From: Eledone cirrhosa
Taxonomy: Eukaryota
Reading direction: 5' to 3'
Assembly: GCA_964016885.1 (NCBI GenBank)
Contig: OZ024742.1
Span: forward strand, 308,636,001-308,700,000
DNA length: 64,000 nt
Shown: piece after piece, positions 15,034 through 29,589 of the stretch
Layout: every line of letters begins with the position of its first letter
Position numbering within the stretch: the stretch's first letter is position 1
The notes under the pieces: model-generated
Told to the model about the DNA's origin: nothing
What the model saw: only the letters and a program-made list of their open reading frames with translations
Database searches by the model: none
Program-made: the position numbers and the translations under genes

Positions 15034-15082
<49 letters not shown>

Positions 15083-15110
15083 ATATTTATATATTTATAT
15101 ATATAATTTG

Positions 15111-15145
<35 letters not shown>

Positions 15146-15203
15146 AATTTGTATATATATATATATATATATATGATTTGTCTATATATACATATATATA
15201 TGT

Positions 15204-15264
<61 letters not shown>

Positions 15265-15517
15265 AACAAATATATATACATATATATACATATACATATA
15301 TACATATATACATATACATATATATACATATGCATGAAGACCCGAGGTCCGAAGTCTTGTGGATTGGATATTTGAAACGGATGGCATATTGTGTCCATGA
15401 AGAAAACATTTCATTTCACCTCGTTCTAACAGACGTTTTGTACATTCATTCACTTAACGCCAAGAAAACCTGGGTAATCTCATGTCCGATACTCTGTCCT
15501 TGGGATACACTTTTATT

Positions 15518-15587
<70 letters not shown>

Positions 15588-15728
15588 TATGTGATTCAAT
15601 CCTCTACGAAACGCGCGTAACAGGTTAACAGGTCGATACACACTAAGAACTTAAATACATGTAAACGAAACTGCATGGTTTTTCTTAATATATATATTTA
15701 TATACATGCATATATACATATATATATA

Positions 15729-15783
<55 letters not shown>

Positions 15784-15827
15784 TTATCGAGCCCTCTTTG
15801 GATTTTAGTCTTCACATTTATTATTAT

Positions 15828-15885
<58 letters not shown>

Positions 15886-15988
15886 GAATGTATATTCATA
15901 TATACATGTATATTAATATATACATCTCTATTTCAGAGCACCAATACTAATGCCATATATATATATCTGTGTGTATGTGCGTGTGTGT

Positions 15989-16050
<62 letters not shown>

Positions 16051-16849
16051 CACTGTTTAACTTATGCCAAAATCTTCATTGGGTAGAATACAAGCAACAC
16101 TAACTAGTTCCACTCGCATCTAATCCCTAAGTGCAGTTTCTGGAATTAAGAAACAAGTAAATTAAGACAACCAGCATTGGAAGAAAATTAATTCATTAGA
16201 GCGTTTCGTTGAAAGTAGAAAAATAATACTCACCAGTGTGGTGCATATATTTACACACGTGCATAGTTTGACCGACTAAATGAGCATCTGTATATCAAGG
16301 ACAATATGACAGGTTCGTAATGGCGCTAGAAATAGCACCCATGAAACTGGTCAAAAACAACTCAACAATTCAAGAGTAGTATTAGTTAGCTTTACATGAA
16401 TTCTACTCGATGGAGATGTTGGCATAAGTTAAACTATTTTTATATGCTTCTCTGATTTAATTATATTATATATCTTTTCATTGAGATGTCCAGTATATTA
16501 GTGACAAATAACCTTTTCTTTTTCTCTGTTTGATATATATATATATACATTGTCCCCAAGACTGTGCCACAGTTCGATCATTTTATTAAGCATTTTTTGT
16601 TCTATTTTATTAGTTATTTATGCATTGTTTGCAACAGTAACGACAATATTTTTAATATGGTTTAATGTTTTATATAGTTAGTTTTGGTAATTAGGCTTCG
16701 TGTAATTGTTGATTAGTAAATCGACTTCATAATTTCTTTGTATCTAATTGTTTACTTCTAAGATAAAGGAGAGATGCACACTTTCATAATTGGCTTCGAG
16801 TTTTTCCTGAGGTGGTAATATAAGAGTAATATAATGTGTATACAAGAGA

Positions 16850-17877
16850 CTCAGACTCAGACTCAGAAGCTCCCGCGTCTTGCGACGAATGAGGCAATCA
16901 TAGTGTTCCACCGCGTTCGGTCAGCAGCCAGTTGCACAGCGTCCCGTCATTGTCTGTTTGTCGCTCGCAGGTCCCTCTCAACTGTCTGGCGCCAGTTCAT
17001 TTTGGGTCGCCTTCTCCGTCTGCTTCCCTGTGGGTTCCATTTAAGTACTTGGTTCGCCAGTCTCTCCGGGGGAAGTCTCAAAGCGTGCCCAAACCAGCCC
17101 AGGCGTCGCTTGCAGATGGTAGAAGAGACTAGCTGCTGGTTGGTGCGGTTCCTGACTTCCTGGTTTGTTACATGGTCACTCCATTTAATCCCCAGGATCT
17201 TTCGCAGACACCTGGAATCGAATGCGTCCAACTTCTTCTCTTGGCTGGTCTTAAGGTGCCATGTTTCACTTCCGTACAAGAGTGTGTACAGCACGTTGCT
17301 GTTGTAGAATCTCATCTTTGTTTTGAGGGTGAACTTCCTGCTCTTCCAGATCTTGCCAAGCTGGTTAAATGCTGCTGAAGCCTTTCCCATTCTACATTGT
17401 AATTCACTGTCCATGGCGCCCCCATTGTCAATGGAGCTTCCTAGGTAGGTGAAGTTGTCCACTATCTCCACCTCCCCCTGTTCAATGAAAACACTAGTTG
17501 GTGATGGGTGTGTCCCAGATAACATGCTTTTGGTCTTCTTAGCACTGATATTGAGACCTAAGCTTCCTGCTTCGACATTGATATTGTTCATAATGATTTG
17601 CAGGTCAGATTTAAATTCCAAGCAGTCAGGAGAACGGTTGTCTCTAACCAGAGATTGTATGACGGTTGTCGGCGAAAGTCTCAATGAGGAAGCCGACATC
17701 CTGAGGACCAGCATTCTGTCTGCAAAAACAACCACACGTATTGGATATTGGAACATAAGAACTATGTACCAACCATCCAAACTTGCGCAAGTTATCGGAG
17801 AAATGGAGGCCTACAAAATTAACATCCTGGGCCTCAGCGAGGTCCGCTGGACTGACTCTGGGAAGTTTGTCCATGAA
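16850..17877 (-). mobile_element. RTE-clade LINE insertion with inverted 5' segment, flanked by 10-bp TSD
   Basis: Minus strand ~16947-17610 encodes the RTE RT C-terminus (GLNISAKKTK, FTYLGS, LLYGSETW, RRLGWFGH, RRRPKMNW) with (CTGAGT)3 tail; plus strand 17659-17875 encodes the APE N-terminus (IGYWNIRTM, ILGLSEVRW); ATACAAGAGA at 16840-16849 and 17878-17887. Confidence 0.9.
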
Positions 17878-17969
17878 ATACAAGAGAGGGACAAACAGAA
17901 AAAAAATGGTATTTATTGTTCTCACCACACATAAAACTAAACACGTAAAACTAAGAACCATAAATGATA

Positions 17970-18310
17970 TTTCTCTCTCTCTCTCCCAACTTTCTCATTC
18001 TCTCCCCAGCTCTTACTCTCTCTCCACCTCTCTTTTCCCTCTTTCTCCCTTTTCTCTCCACCTCTCTCTCTCACACTCTCTCTCCCAACTTTCTTCCCGC
18101 TCTTTCACCAACTCTCACTCTCCCCATCTCTCTTTCTCCTCTTACCCCATGTCTTCCTCACCCCATCTCTCGTTTCCCTCTTTCCCCCACTCTCTCCTCA
18201 ACTCTTACTCTCTCTATATATCTCTTCCCTCTCTTTTTCTACACTCTCTCTCTCTCCCTCCCTCCCTCTTTCGCTCTCTCTCTTTCTCTCTTACCTTCTC
18301 TCTCACTCAC
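17970..18310. repeat. CT-rich low-complexity tract
   Basis: Direct inspection. Confidence 0.85.
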
Positions 18311-18576
18311 ACAAAGAAACAGTGGTCTGATAATGTTTAACAACGCAAGAAATTTGAAGACATTGCTAACCTGATCGTCAATAAAATAAAACCCATACTC
18401 TTCTCATATTTATTGAGTACTTATTCTGTTAAAGTTTTACCGTTTGCATATCTTGTTTAGCCCACCAGGCTGTATTTGACCAAGATATCCATATATGAAG
18501 CATTTGTGACTAACAGATTTCCCAAATTAACCATACAAATTAGTCTAGTTCTCTTTATAATATACAGGATAAAATA

Positions 18577-18788
18577 AGTTTCTACTTTAGGCACAAGGCC
18601 AGCAATTTGCAAGGAAGGGGAAGTTGATTAAAGCGACCCCAGTCCAATACTGGTGCTTTATTTTATCAACCCCTTAAGGATGAAAGGCAAAGCTAACCTC
18701 TGCAGATTTTGAATTATGAACGTAAAGGGCCATCACTCTATGCCACAAAGCAGGGTGTCCGACGTACTAGTAATACAGTCAACCCACT
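18577..18788 (-). mobile_element. SINE family 1 (diverged)
   Basis: Reverse-complement match to family 1 copies. Confidence 0.75.
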
Positions 18789-19473
18789 GCTTTTTACAGA
18801 ATGAAATAATGAAAAGATCTTATGAAAGAAACATAAAAGCAAGATGTGTAGAAGTGAAGAGAGAAAGAGAGAAGAGAGAAGGAAAGGTAGTAAAAAGAGA
18901 GATGATATTCACATGTCTTATTGAATAGGTAAAACTATTTCAACTAGTGTTAAAAATAGATGTAATGAACGATTCTGTTAGAGAATAATTTATATATGGA
19001 AATCATTCTATCAAATATATTCAAGCCCATGGTGGGGTTTATAAGCAGTGAGTCAGTGGACTGTGTCTGAGGTATTCACTTGCTGATGATATCAAAGCAC
19101 AGGATTGAATATAGTCTGGTTGGTACATGAAAATTTCGTATAAAAAGAAAAGGCCCTTATGTATGTCTATATATAGGATTTTGGCAATAAAACTCTCGAT
19201 ATATTATATAGGACAGTATAACATTGAAGGAAAGCATTGTAAGGCTGTGAAATTTATCCAAAATGGTAATATGTGTGTAAGCTCAGTCAGGCCTCTTAAT
19301 GTGTGTTAAAAAATACGAAATACTTGATCGAGTATAAGATTTATATAAATGATTTATATGATATAGAAATTATTACTATAAGACTAGAATTGTGTTTTTC
19401 GTTTGAAATCGTGTACACTCTTAATGCTTTGGTCACTTTCAGGTTCTCTTCGGAAAACCATTCTTTATACAAA

Positions 19474-19560
19474 TACAGAGTGCCCCCCACCCGCCAATGT
19501 ATACACACTTCAAAAGCATTCTAATAAATAGGTGTATACGTTTTTGGGGGACACCCTGTA
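19474..19560. mobile_element. Tiny Tc1/mariner-type MITE
   Basis: Imperfect TIRs TACAGAGTGCCCCCC...TGTATACAC / GTGTATACGTTTTTGGGGGACACCCTGTA with TA ends. Confidence 0.6.
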
Positions 19561-20417
19561 TAATGTCTTTATATATAGATGACTTGTTGAAAACAGGTGA
19601 TTCCAACAGTAATTAAAATGAATATGCTAACAGTGATGCGTCAATACATAATAATATTTCAAAGACAAAAAAAAAATGAAAAAGCTACAATTTCCATTAG
19701 AGTAATTCAGTTAAAATCCATTTACAGAGGATTTCAATTGCTCACGACACAATTAAATTTGTAAATATTCCATTTGTCATGTCTTTGAAAGCTACAAAGC
19801 TCTGCTAATTAAAACCTTTTTTCAAATATGTTTTTTTATTGAAAATAATGATTTCTTTATTTTCAATAAAAACTATATTTGGCAAAAAAGGTGATAGCAA
19901 TATAGGAAACACTTAATGAACAGCTACTACTGAACTATTGAATTGAGAAATGTAATTATTCTTATTGTTTTCTACTTGCTCTAGGAAAGCAACGACTGAT
20001 AGATTCAGATTAATCTAACGACTGATAGATTCTGTAACCTGATTATTTCCATTCCTTATTCCAGATATTTCACTGGTCATGTATCACGGATAGTGCAGTT
20101 GCAGCATTATATATTTATTCTAGACGAACTCCAGTAAAATGCCTACTTACCTAATACTCAAGAAGCTTAGTGGAGGGCTGTATCGTTTTTATTTCTCTTG
20201 TACTGTTAATGTAACTGCTTCTAATGCTTAGAAACATCCAACTGTAGCCAACACTGATATTATGCACACCTTATGACTTCTAACTCTCTGATTATCCGTA
20301 TTATGACTTAAAGCCCTTTGATAAATATAAAAACCCTTTTCTGATCACTAATATTCCTCTTCATAATTGTAAATCCCTTGAATCTTATTTAGTTACTTTT
20401 ACTATCTCCAAACTTGA

Positions 20418-20592
20418 AATCGGTAGAGGGTCGGACGCCATGCTTTGACGTATAGAGTTACAGCCCTTGCCATTCTGATTTCATATCCCGCCGAGGTTAA
20501 CTTTGCCTTTCATCCTTACGGGGTCAATAAAATAAAGTACCAGTAATGCACTGGGTAATTGCTGGCCGTGTGCCAAAAGTAGAAACAATTAT
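20418..20592 (+). mobile_element. SINE family 1, 5'-truncated
   Basis: Match to family 1 copies. Confidence 0.8.
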
Positions 20593-21006
20593 TAGATTCA
20601 ACATATTTGATCTATAATTGATCTATGGGGACATCCTATTTTCCTGTGACCTTATATTCAACTACTTTCAACTATAATACTTCTATTGGTATTTCCTATC
20701 TTCTTGCAAGCTAATTAAAGTCAACTCTTTTGATCTATAGTAGTTTAATCTACAGTATTTCCCATCTATTCATGACCTAATTAACTTCAGGTAATTTGAT
20801 CTATAGTAGATCTATGGGTACATCCTACCTTCTTGTCGCCTATTATCACACACATTATCACACATATCACTACTTAGATGTAAAGATATTACAAGGTAAA
20901 ACTATTACATTAGAAAACAATGAGGGCTTAGCTATGTAGTGACTGCTAGAAATAGCAGTCATGTCTACATCAAACCACACACTATCGTCTTTAATATAGA
21001 CATAAT

Positions 21007-21191
21007 TGTTTCTACTTTAGGCACAAGGCCAGCAATTACCCAGTACATTACTGGTACTTTATTTTATCGACCCCGTAAGGATGAAAGGCAAAGTTAACCT
21101 CGGCGGTATTTGAACTCAGACTGTAAAGAGACGTAACTATGCTAGAAAGCATGGCGTCTAACCCTCTACCGATACTGCCAATTCATCGCCT
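21007..21191 (-). mobile_element. SINE family 1 with 17-bp TSD
   Basis: Flanked by TTTAATATAGACATAAT at 20990-21006 and 21192-21208. Confidence 0.88.
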
Positions 21192-22971
21192 TTTAATATA
21201 GACATAATGGATGTTTGATACTGTTATTTTTCATTAGATTCTGTTTGTTTATTTGTTGTTAATACTGTATCTAAGCTAAGATTATTTTACAGTTTCCATT
21301 ACTATTTCACTATGAAATAATAACATTACATTTTCAGAAGTCCTTACTTCCGTGACAAAAACTATTTTATCACCTTCTTGGAAACTGATTTTGACAATGA
21401 TTTCATTAAAGAAAATAATTAGTATAATACTTCATATCGAAAATAACGTTAATAGAAACACCTTCGAATCTATTCAATATTTTTTTACGTGACTGTTAAT
21501 AGCCATTGATGATAATCTAATTTGTTTTCTCTTATACGGTGTGAATAAACACCTATTTTGAAACATAAAAAAAAATACATTTTCGACTATTTTATTTCTT
21601 CTCTTTTTTCTAATGCGACTTATCACCGTAAAAAGCTTTTGCAACTTTTAGCTCAATTTACCTCCTTTCATTGCTAATTTGTAAAAGTATAAATGAAGCT
21701 GACTGCAAATTTGACCGTTATCTTAAAATAGACTCAATGACTGGATTAACAGAGTTATGAAAGTAGCAAATAAAATGTCTTGTAGTTGTTTCGGTTTTCT
21801 GGGGTCTGAGTTTGAATCCCTCCGCAGCAAATTCTACTGCTCACCCTATATTATACCGGATCAACGTGGTAGATTTGCAGAATTGTTATAGCCTCAACGA
21901 AATATACTGTAGAATTTGTTCCAGCACTTCACGTTCTGAACTCAAATTTTGACTACTACCATGAACCTTCCCGTGATGAGTCCCAGCTAAACATGATCTG
22001 TTCCTAAAGTCAGATGGGGCCACGCATAATTTGGTTGCAATAACATGACGAGCGCAACTTCACTGATGTAACATAAATGCAATGACCGAAATCATAGAAT
22101 AGATTTACTATAACATTATAAAAGTATTGGAAACATATAGAATTATCACTGTTGTTATGTAGTCTCTGGTCAACCCAAATCGTATAGACTTATGATCAAA
22201 GATATTTCAGTCGTAAGAAACCAAGCTTTTTAGCGATATGTATGGATTATTTCATCCAACCTGTGGTATCATTATTCAAGATACCAGGACGTGATTTCTG
22301 GTACATTTGACTGTGACGTCGGCAGATACACTGGTTACATAAAGGCTCCATTTCTTGATCGTAAGAACTGGTTTGGACGTGGAAATTTGGTACCGGACAA
22401 TCGGCGGATCGCCGTGGAAATAGGGTACCGGAGATCATATCCTGATAGAATATCTACGTTGTTACCGTAGTCTTAACTTCTACCTTGCGGTCCACCTAAT
22501 TACATATAAGTGACGCGCACTGAATAATCTTCATCTATTTAGCATTTAAATATTTCTTTGATTACCAGTACTCAACGTCTCCTACAGAATAAGCTAACTT
22601 CAAGAAACTAGAATCCTGTAATTTTCCATCATGTGGATAACATTACATAAAAAGCTTACGTACCTTTCGTACGGTTCCACGTAATATAGAAGTACAAAAT
22701 GTTAGTTTCCTCGTAACATTGCAGTTATTCACTTTCTGTTGTTGGCTTGGTGGTGGTTAGGTAGGTGGTCACCCAATCATAGGATCGTGACATTCATTCC
22801 TGGGTTGGGTGTCCCGTTGTGTTCTTGAGCTTCATTTCTCGTTGACTTTTATGATTAAAACACCCGAGAAAACTCCTATGAAATCTCATAAGATGATGGC
22901 TATGTCTATATAGATTTGAGCTGTAACTTTAATTTCTTTTAACTAAAAGGGTTGTTGAAAATCAAATATCT

Positions 22972-23130
22972 AAGGAGAGGAAAATGCTGATACACCTACA
23001 TCGACAACCTGAACAAAAACACTAACCTGGACTGCGTCTAGGACCTCAAGACAGTGATATTGGACCAAGGCGTGTGGCGGAGGGACTTTGTCGCTTCGGA
23101 CTGGGTTGAAACCGACTAAGAAGAAGAAGA
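22972..23130 (+). mobile_element. 3' remnant of RTE-like LINE with (AAG)n tail
   Basis: Translates to TYIDNL...DLKTVILDQGVWRR, typical of the RTE ORF C-terminus; ends TAAGAAGAAGAAG. Confidence 0.55.
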
Positions 23131-25453
23131 TACATTGGTGTTGATGTCACCGGTTGGGTGTTGCCCAAAATATTGTGACTCGTTGCCAACTTTATATATC
23201 AATATTTTTTAAGATACAGGCTGTGCATTGCAGAAACGGGAGAGTGTCATGTTTCTCTACATGTTATCAAACCCCCTGGGTCGATCTTGATTACTATTCC
23301 CCGCAAATAGCGGGAAATATAATTATGTACTGAAATCCATGAAATGAATATTCAAGTAACAAAAATGCAGCCGTATGCCAATGTCAGAAATATCTTTATT
23401 ACTTCAAAAGTAAATTTGTAAAAGAAAAATTGTATTAATTCAGAAATTAAAAAAATCCAGAAAAAGAATAAAAAGTGGTTTATAGAATGAAGAAAAGATT
23501 CTTTGATTTTGTACCTTTTTTTAGATCGAGCAATGATGTAAGAATAGTTTGAAGTGGCGTGCATGAACGATTTCTGAATCTAGAGACATGCATCAAGAAA
23601 TAATTAAATGATTTAACATCCCAAATCACTTTACCTGAATTTGAATTCGAAATAGCCGCTTCACTTGTTGCAATCGTACATCTTAAGGGAATTACATCAG
23701 TGACTATTTTACTGAAAAGATCATCATGTGTGATGAGGCATCATTCTATCAATAGAAAATGATTTCAATTTTTATCCTTCATTTTTTTTTGTTACATAAT
23801 ATTTTTAATTTTTTTATGTTCTTTGTAGCCTTTGGTTTCTTTGATAATTTTTCTTGTCATGTGAATTCTGATTTGAGCCGCATAACAAGAAATTTGTTTC
23901 AATTTTATTTTATCTCAGTCTTCTATTTATTTATTTTTGCCTTAAACCCAAACTAAATTAACTGACGAGATTAATTGAAACAAAGAAAAAAAATCACTTT
24001 AAAATCTGCTATCCACTAAAATCCATATTTGGTAACAGAATTGTAAATCTTTCAACCTCTTAAGATATTAGAGAACCACTAGAGATTTCTGCTTCATGAA
24101 TTAAATTTAAAGCAACTGAAATTGGTGACATCGAGGGTTATTGCCTGGAAGTGTGGTACAATGACGTTGAAAGAGGACTGATCTGTGAAATACTTGACCA
24201 CTAAGCGGATTCACTAGATTCGATTTTAAAATTGATGAGGAAAGTGTAAACAAAATGCATAATAAAAAGACATGGGGCGAATTCAATTTGTCCACGGGTT
24301 ATTATGTTCATCCTTGAGGATATAAAAGCAACAACTAAATCTGCAACAACAGCAGAAAACACTCACAGGCACCAAGTATAAACAAAAAATATAAACAAGA
24401 GCAATCAAACTTGAAACTACAACAATAACCTCAATATGATTTCTAATTTAAGCAAAAGGTCGGCAATTTTGGCAGGAAGAAAGAATTGATTATATTGACC
24501 CCAGTGTTTGAGTGGAACTTTATTCTCTTGAGCTCGGAAGGATAAAAGGCAAAGTTGACTTCATGAGGGTTTGAACTCAGACCGCAGAGAGCTTCATAGT
24601 CCATACGACGCTTGCCTCCAACGTAAATAATAGTATAAAAAATGCTGATATCCCAACAACCACAACAAAACACCATAAAATAAACAACAACCGCCAAACT
24701 CACAACCGCAGCAATCAGAGGGAAATACGGAGCAACAATAACAACCACAGCAAAACAAAAATAAAAGAAACGACAACTACAATAACAAGAACTATACAAG
24801 GACTATACAAATAAATTTATCAACGACACGGTTCTCTGGTTGAAGAACAACTGGGAGTAGGTGGAACAAAATAAGGACATACATACACAAGCAAAGGATA
24901 TCTTTCAAAAGCTGCCCACGACTGAATTCTGGTGAAGACGATACCAGAGGCCAATATATATTTGCTGATCACGTTTCTATGAAACGTGCGTGATATCAAA
25001 GTGAAAGTTGGCCATGAAATAATGGTGATATGAGCCTTTGGTAAACCTGACTATAGGACTATCCACCGACCACTCCGAATAAAAGGGAAGCTGTTGATTC
25101 CGAACGTGAACAGCAGCAATGTCGCTGGCGTTAAGCTAGTGACCGTATATTCCCAATCAGGGACAGATCGCAAGGTATCTGGAAGAATTCTTGGACAACT
25201 TTCGTTCATTGGTATTAGTGTGTGATTGGAATGATATCAGACAGCTGGGATTGAGGAAGCGTACCTTACAGGAGAGAACAATGCATCAGCCATACAAAAC
25301 GGTTTACGTAGTTCCATCCGTCTGACAGATACCGACTCGTGCCTCCAAATGTAACAATGTATATTTGGATAACTACATATGATCATCATTCTAAAAGTTT
25401 AAAGTTTGTTCATTAGACCAGTCTTTATCCCAGTTTATATGTTTACCAAATAT

Positions 25454-25650
25454 AGGTGGATTGGCAGTATCGGTAGAGAGTCGGACGCCATGCTTTGACG
25501 CATTGAGTTACGGCCCTTGCCATTCTGAGTTCAAATCCCGTCGAGGTTAACTTTGCCTTTCATCCTTACGGGGTCGATAAAATAAAGTACCAGTAATACA
25601 TTGGGTAATTTCTGGCCTTGTGCCAAAAGTAGAAACAATTATTATTATTG
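25454..25650 (+). mobile_element. SINE family 1
   Basis: Match to family 1 copies, (ATT)n tail. Confidence 0.85.
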
Positions 25651-25759
25651 TTCACTTTTGTAAATCTCAAACACTTAGATGTTAAACGATCTGGACATTT
25701 GAGTTAGGGTGCAGTTAACAACAAGTTGACAAAACAAAAGTCCCTCACTGCATCCTCTC

Positions 25760-26580
25760 CTGGGTTTTTTATAGACAAAACTTTCCTTAAAATCTTTGCT
25801 GTACCATAAGGTGTTCTCTTCTGCATGGCCTTACATCAATTCCGGTTCTATTTACACAGTCCTCAAGATTATCTGATATGCATCACAGTACTTCAATCAC
25901 CACTGGGATCACTAAACACTTCTTCATTACTCACAACTTTCTAACCTCTTCCTTCAGTAGTTCATACTTCTCCATCTTTTCAAACTCTTTATTCTTCACT
26001 CTTCTATCTCCTGGGACAGTTATATTGATAATGCAGGCCTCTGCTTTCTTCTTGTTCACAACTAAAATGCCTGGCTCTTGCCTCGACCATTGAATGGTGA
26101 AATCCCACAAAAGTTTTAATTCGTCATTCTCTGCTCATACCATTTAGTTGCTCTGTCAATCCCAATTTTTCAAACATCATCCAATGGATATATCTGGCAA
26201 CATTATCATGTCGTCTTTTGTACTTTCACTGTTAACGCATTCGCTTACAATATGGTTGACTGTTTCTCCTTTTTTCCATACATTCATAATATTGATTTTA
26301 TCGTTTTTTTCAACATGATACTTTATGTAGTTAGTTCGAAGAACCTGCTCATTGGCGCTGCACAATAGAGCTTCGATGCATCCTTTCAGATCGCCATTTT
26401 TAGGCAACGACCAGTTCTTTCCTAATCAATACTTTATCTCTAATGTATTGTCCATGCATAAGTTTATCCTTCCTTTCCTTTTCAAGTTCTTTTTTCACTC
26501 TCTTCCTTCATTCAGATTTCAATGCGTCGAGGTTTCTTATTTTTGACATGACGTTACCCCTTCCATTTTTAAAATACCAC
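25760..26580 (-). mobile_element. Degenerate R4/Dong-like non-LTR retrotransposon, C-terminal Zn knuckle plus restriction-like endonuclease region
   Basis: Frameshifted peptides EALLCSANEQVLRTNY, GETVNHIVSEC, YKRRHDNVARYIHW, LLWDFTIQ, NITVPGDRRV...EKMEKYELL. Confidence 0.7.
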
Positions 26581-26599
26581 GCTTGTTTTTATTATTATT

Positions 26600-27010
26600 T
26601 GGTAGTATCGGTAAAGTGTCGGACACCATGCTCGTAGCATAGAGTATCATCCCTTTACGTTCAGAATTCAAATCTCGCCGAGGTTAGATTTGCCTTTCAT
26701 TCTTACGAGGTTGATAAAAGAATCAGTAATACACTTGGGTCGATTTAAGCGACTTTCCCCTCCCCTTCAAATTGCTGGCTTTGTGCCTAAAGTAAAAACA
26801 ATTATTATTATTATTATGAGGCGGTGAATTGGCAGTATCGGTAGAGGGCCGGACATGCTTTCCAGCATAGTTACATCCCTTTACGATCTGAGTTCAAATC
26901 CCGCTGAGGTTAACATTGCCTTTCATCCATACGGGGTCGATAAAATAAAGTACCAGTAATGTACTGGGGATTTTACTGGCCTTGAGCCAAAAGTAGAAAC
27001 AATTATTATG
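26600..27010 (+). mobile_element. Two tandem SINE family 1 copies
   Basis: Copies at ~26600-26815 and ~26818-27010. Confidence 0.8.
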
Positions 27011-27137
27011 ATTGTTTCTTTTTGCACTTCCTTCAGTATTGTTTCCGTGTTTTGCAGGGTGTCTTCCTGACACCTAGGGTAAATAAACTCACTGTATACA
27101 TTGGTACACCAGTTATTATCATTATTATTATTATTAT

Positions 27138-27170
<33 letters not shown>

Positions 27171-28419
27171 CATTGAAAGTGAGGATATCAAAATCTGTAG
27201 AGCATCGAATAAAACAGTTTGTGGTAATTAGTTTCAAATGTGATGGAGGTAGACTTTGCTGTTCTCATCCTTCTGGCATCGATTGAATAAGTAACAGTCG
27301 TGTAAGAATATCGATATAATCGATTATATACCTTCCTGCAAACTGGAGGTCTTTACATCTATTCCTTGCACTGTCACAATTGTAGGAAGGACTTTGTTTA
27401 TCTTTTGGGTGCTGAACATTTTAAGAAATTCTAGAATACCTTTTATTTGTGATACATGAAATACCTTCCTTCATTTTTGCAATATCTCTAATATATATTT
27501 CAGTTTGATACGATCTTACAAAGGCATAAATACTCATCGTTTAAAGCCAGTTTGTTTCCTAATGGTTTCCGCTAATTTGTTTCTGTTCTCGCTTCAAAAT
27601 TAATTTTATGAAAATTATGCTATTAAATAATACGTTATTGATTAAAACCCACAAATTTAAGCATTTATAGCGAAATGATATATGCCGAATTAAGAATCTA
27701 AACATCACACATCTCTTCAAAAATATTCTTAGTGACTGTATTTAGTATATGTCGACTAGTCTATAAGAAGCTTTAAAGGTAAAAGCAAGACATCAACAAT
27801 AGTTGATGGATATGTTAAAAATCATGTCCACATATGATGATAGTAATCGATATTGGTAAAAGCAAAACTGTCACATTATTCTGTTTTAAATATAGACTGC
27901 CTGCTCTCAAAAAACTTCAACTCTTCTTTATCACATTTTTCAATAACATTTTATAACAACGTGATTTATTTCATAACAAACAAGCAGAGATGTTAGATGT
28001 TAGACGACGTTTAACAAAAACTTGAAACTGCTGACATTTTACATTGACCTCGTAATCTTATAGACATTTCATCAAATTTATTTCCATTATATGTGTGCGT
28101 GCATGTACCTCTGTGTGTACGTATGAATGTGTCTGTTTGTATGACCATATGTCTGTATGTGTATGCGTCTGTATGTATGCCCATGTGCTGTATGTGTATG
28201 TGACTGTCTGTGTGTATATGACTATCTGTGTGTATGTGCTTATATGTGTATGTGACTTTCTTTCTCTTTGTGTATGTATATGTGTGTTAAATGATATAGT
28301 CCGTTAGTGATCATACATCGTGAGTCTGTTTCATATCCAGGGTTTTTTGATAATCATAAGACGATGATTAAAAGCTCAATTTCTTACCGGATATCAGCGA
28401 CATATTGCAGAGATCCTGA

Positions 28420-29060
28420 TATTGCATTGTGGGCTTGAAAGTTTAGTAGGAGGTATTACACCTTACATAGCTATATTTATGTTGAAACTTATAAGAAGAA
28501 ACGCGTAACGAGGGACTACACCATGCAGAGAACGGAATATAGTCCCCAGAACTCTCTCTATGCAATAAACAAATGGCCTACATTCCATTTTCTGTAGAAA
28601 TGTTCATACTAACATTTAATCATCGTGAAATGACGCTAGATGAACTCTGGAATATTGATATTCAATATGCAAAATTATTAATCAATATCAGGCATTTCCT
28701 CATCAAATCGAAACAAGACGGTAGAGGGTTAAGATCGATTGCAACAGCCTTTAAATATTATATGTCGAAGTGCATCTATGGATGAATCAAATATGCATAC
28801 ATAAGATAGGAACATTTTGAAAGTTTTGAAAGGAGTTCCTTAGAAATTATTCCTTAATTGATGACCAAGATTGTACACCCAAGAAAAATGCACACGCCTA
28901 CAATAAGAGATCAATAGAATAAGGTATTTCCACTTGGCGGCAGAAAGTGAGGCGTGGCTATGTGATCTGTCATTTCAAATAACAATAACATAGCAAACCT
29001 TAGTACTTTGCCTTGAACCAATAACCTGTATATGAGCTTTCACTTTGAGATGTCGGCTTT
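28420..29060 (+). mobile_element. Highly degenerate R4-like LINE fragment (post-RT region)
   Basis: Peptides TLDELWNIDIQYAKLL and KQDGRGLRSI resemble the EL..ID.KTRKLL and GGRGL motifs of this clade. Confidence 0.45.
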
Positions 29061-29394
29061 TTTCTAAACCCAGGAAATGTATACAGTGTTGAAAATCGAT
29101 TGATCAACAAAATGGTAAAGTCATGTTTATACAGACAGCAATACAGAACTCAGGAAACTCCACCTAGTCTATAGTTTTAGATGTATACCTTTAATTATTG
29201 GGAAATTTTGAAAAGCCAGGCTTCAAGAGGCCAACGAAAACAGATCTAATTTAAAGATTACAATAGCATGCATTTAATCAAACTGTGAAACTATGTAAAC
29301 ATCATTTCATAAATTTAACCTGAAATAAGTACATATACACACGTGCAAACATACAAACATACAGATCCACACATGCAATGACATTTATTGTCGC

Positions 29395-29428
<34 letters not shown>

Positions 29429-29589
29429 GTGTCCAGATACGTACATACATATAAACTTACATACATACACACATACAATCACACATACGTAAAGGCAGAC
29501 GAACATATATACATACATGTATGCATACATACACACATACATGCATACATGCATACAATCACAGATATATACATGTCTAAAGCCTAAAG

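Noticed and set aside
16195-16240. Hammerhead-like CTGGTGA...CGAAACGCTC on the minus strand
   Set aside because: Core mutated and stems I-III do not pair
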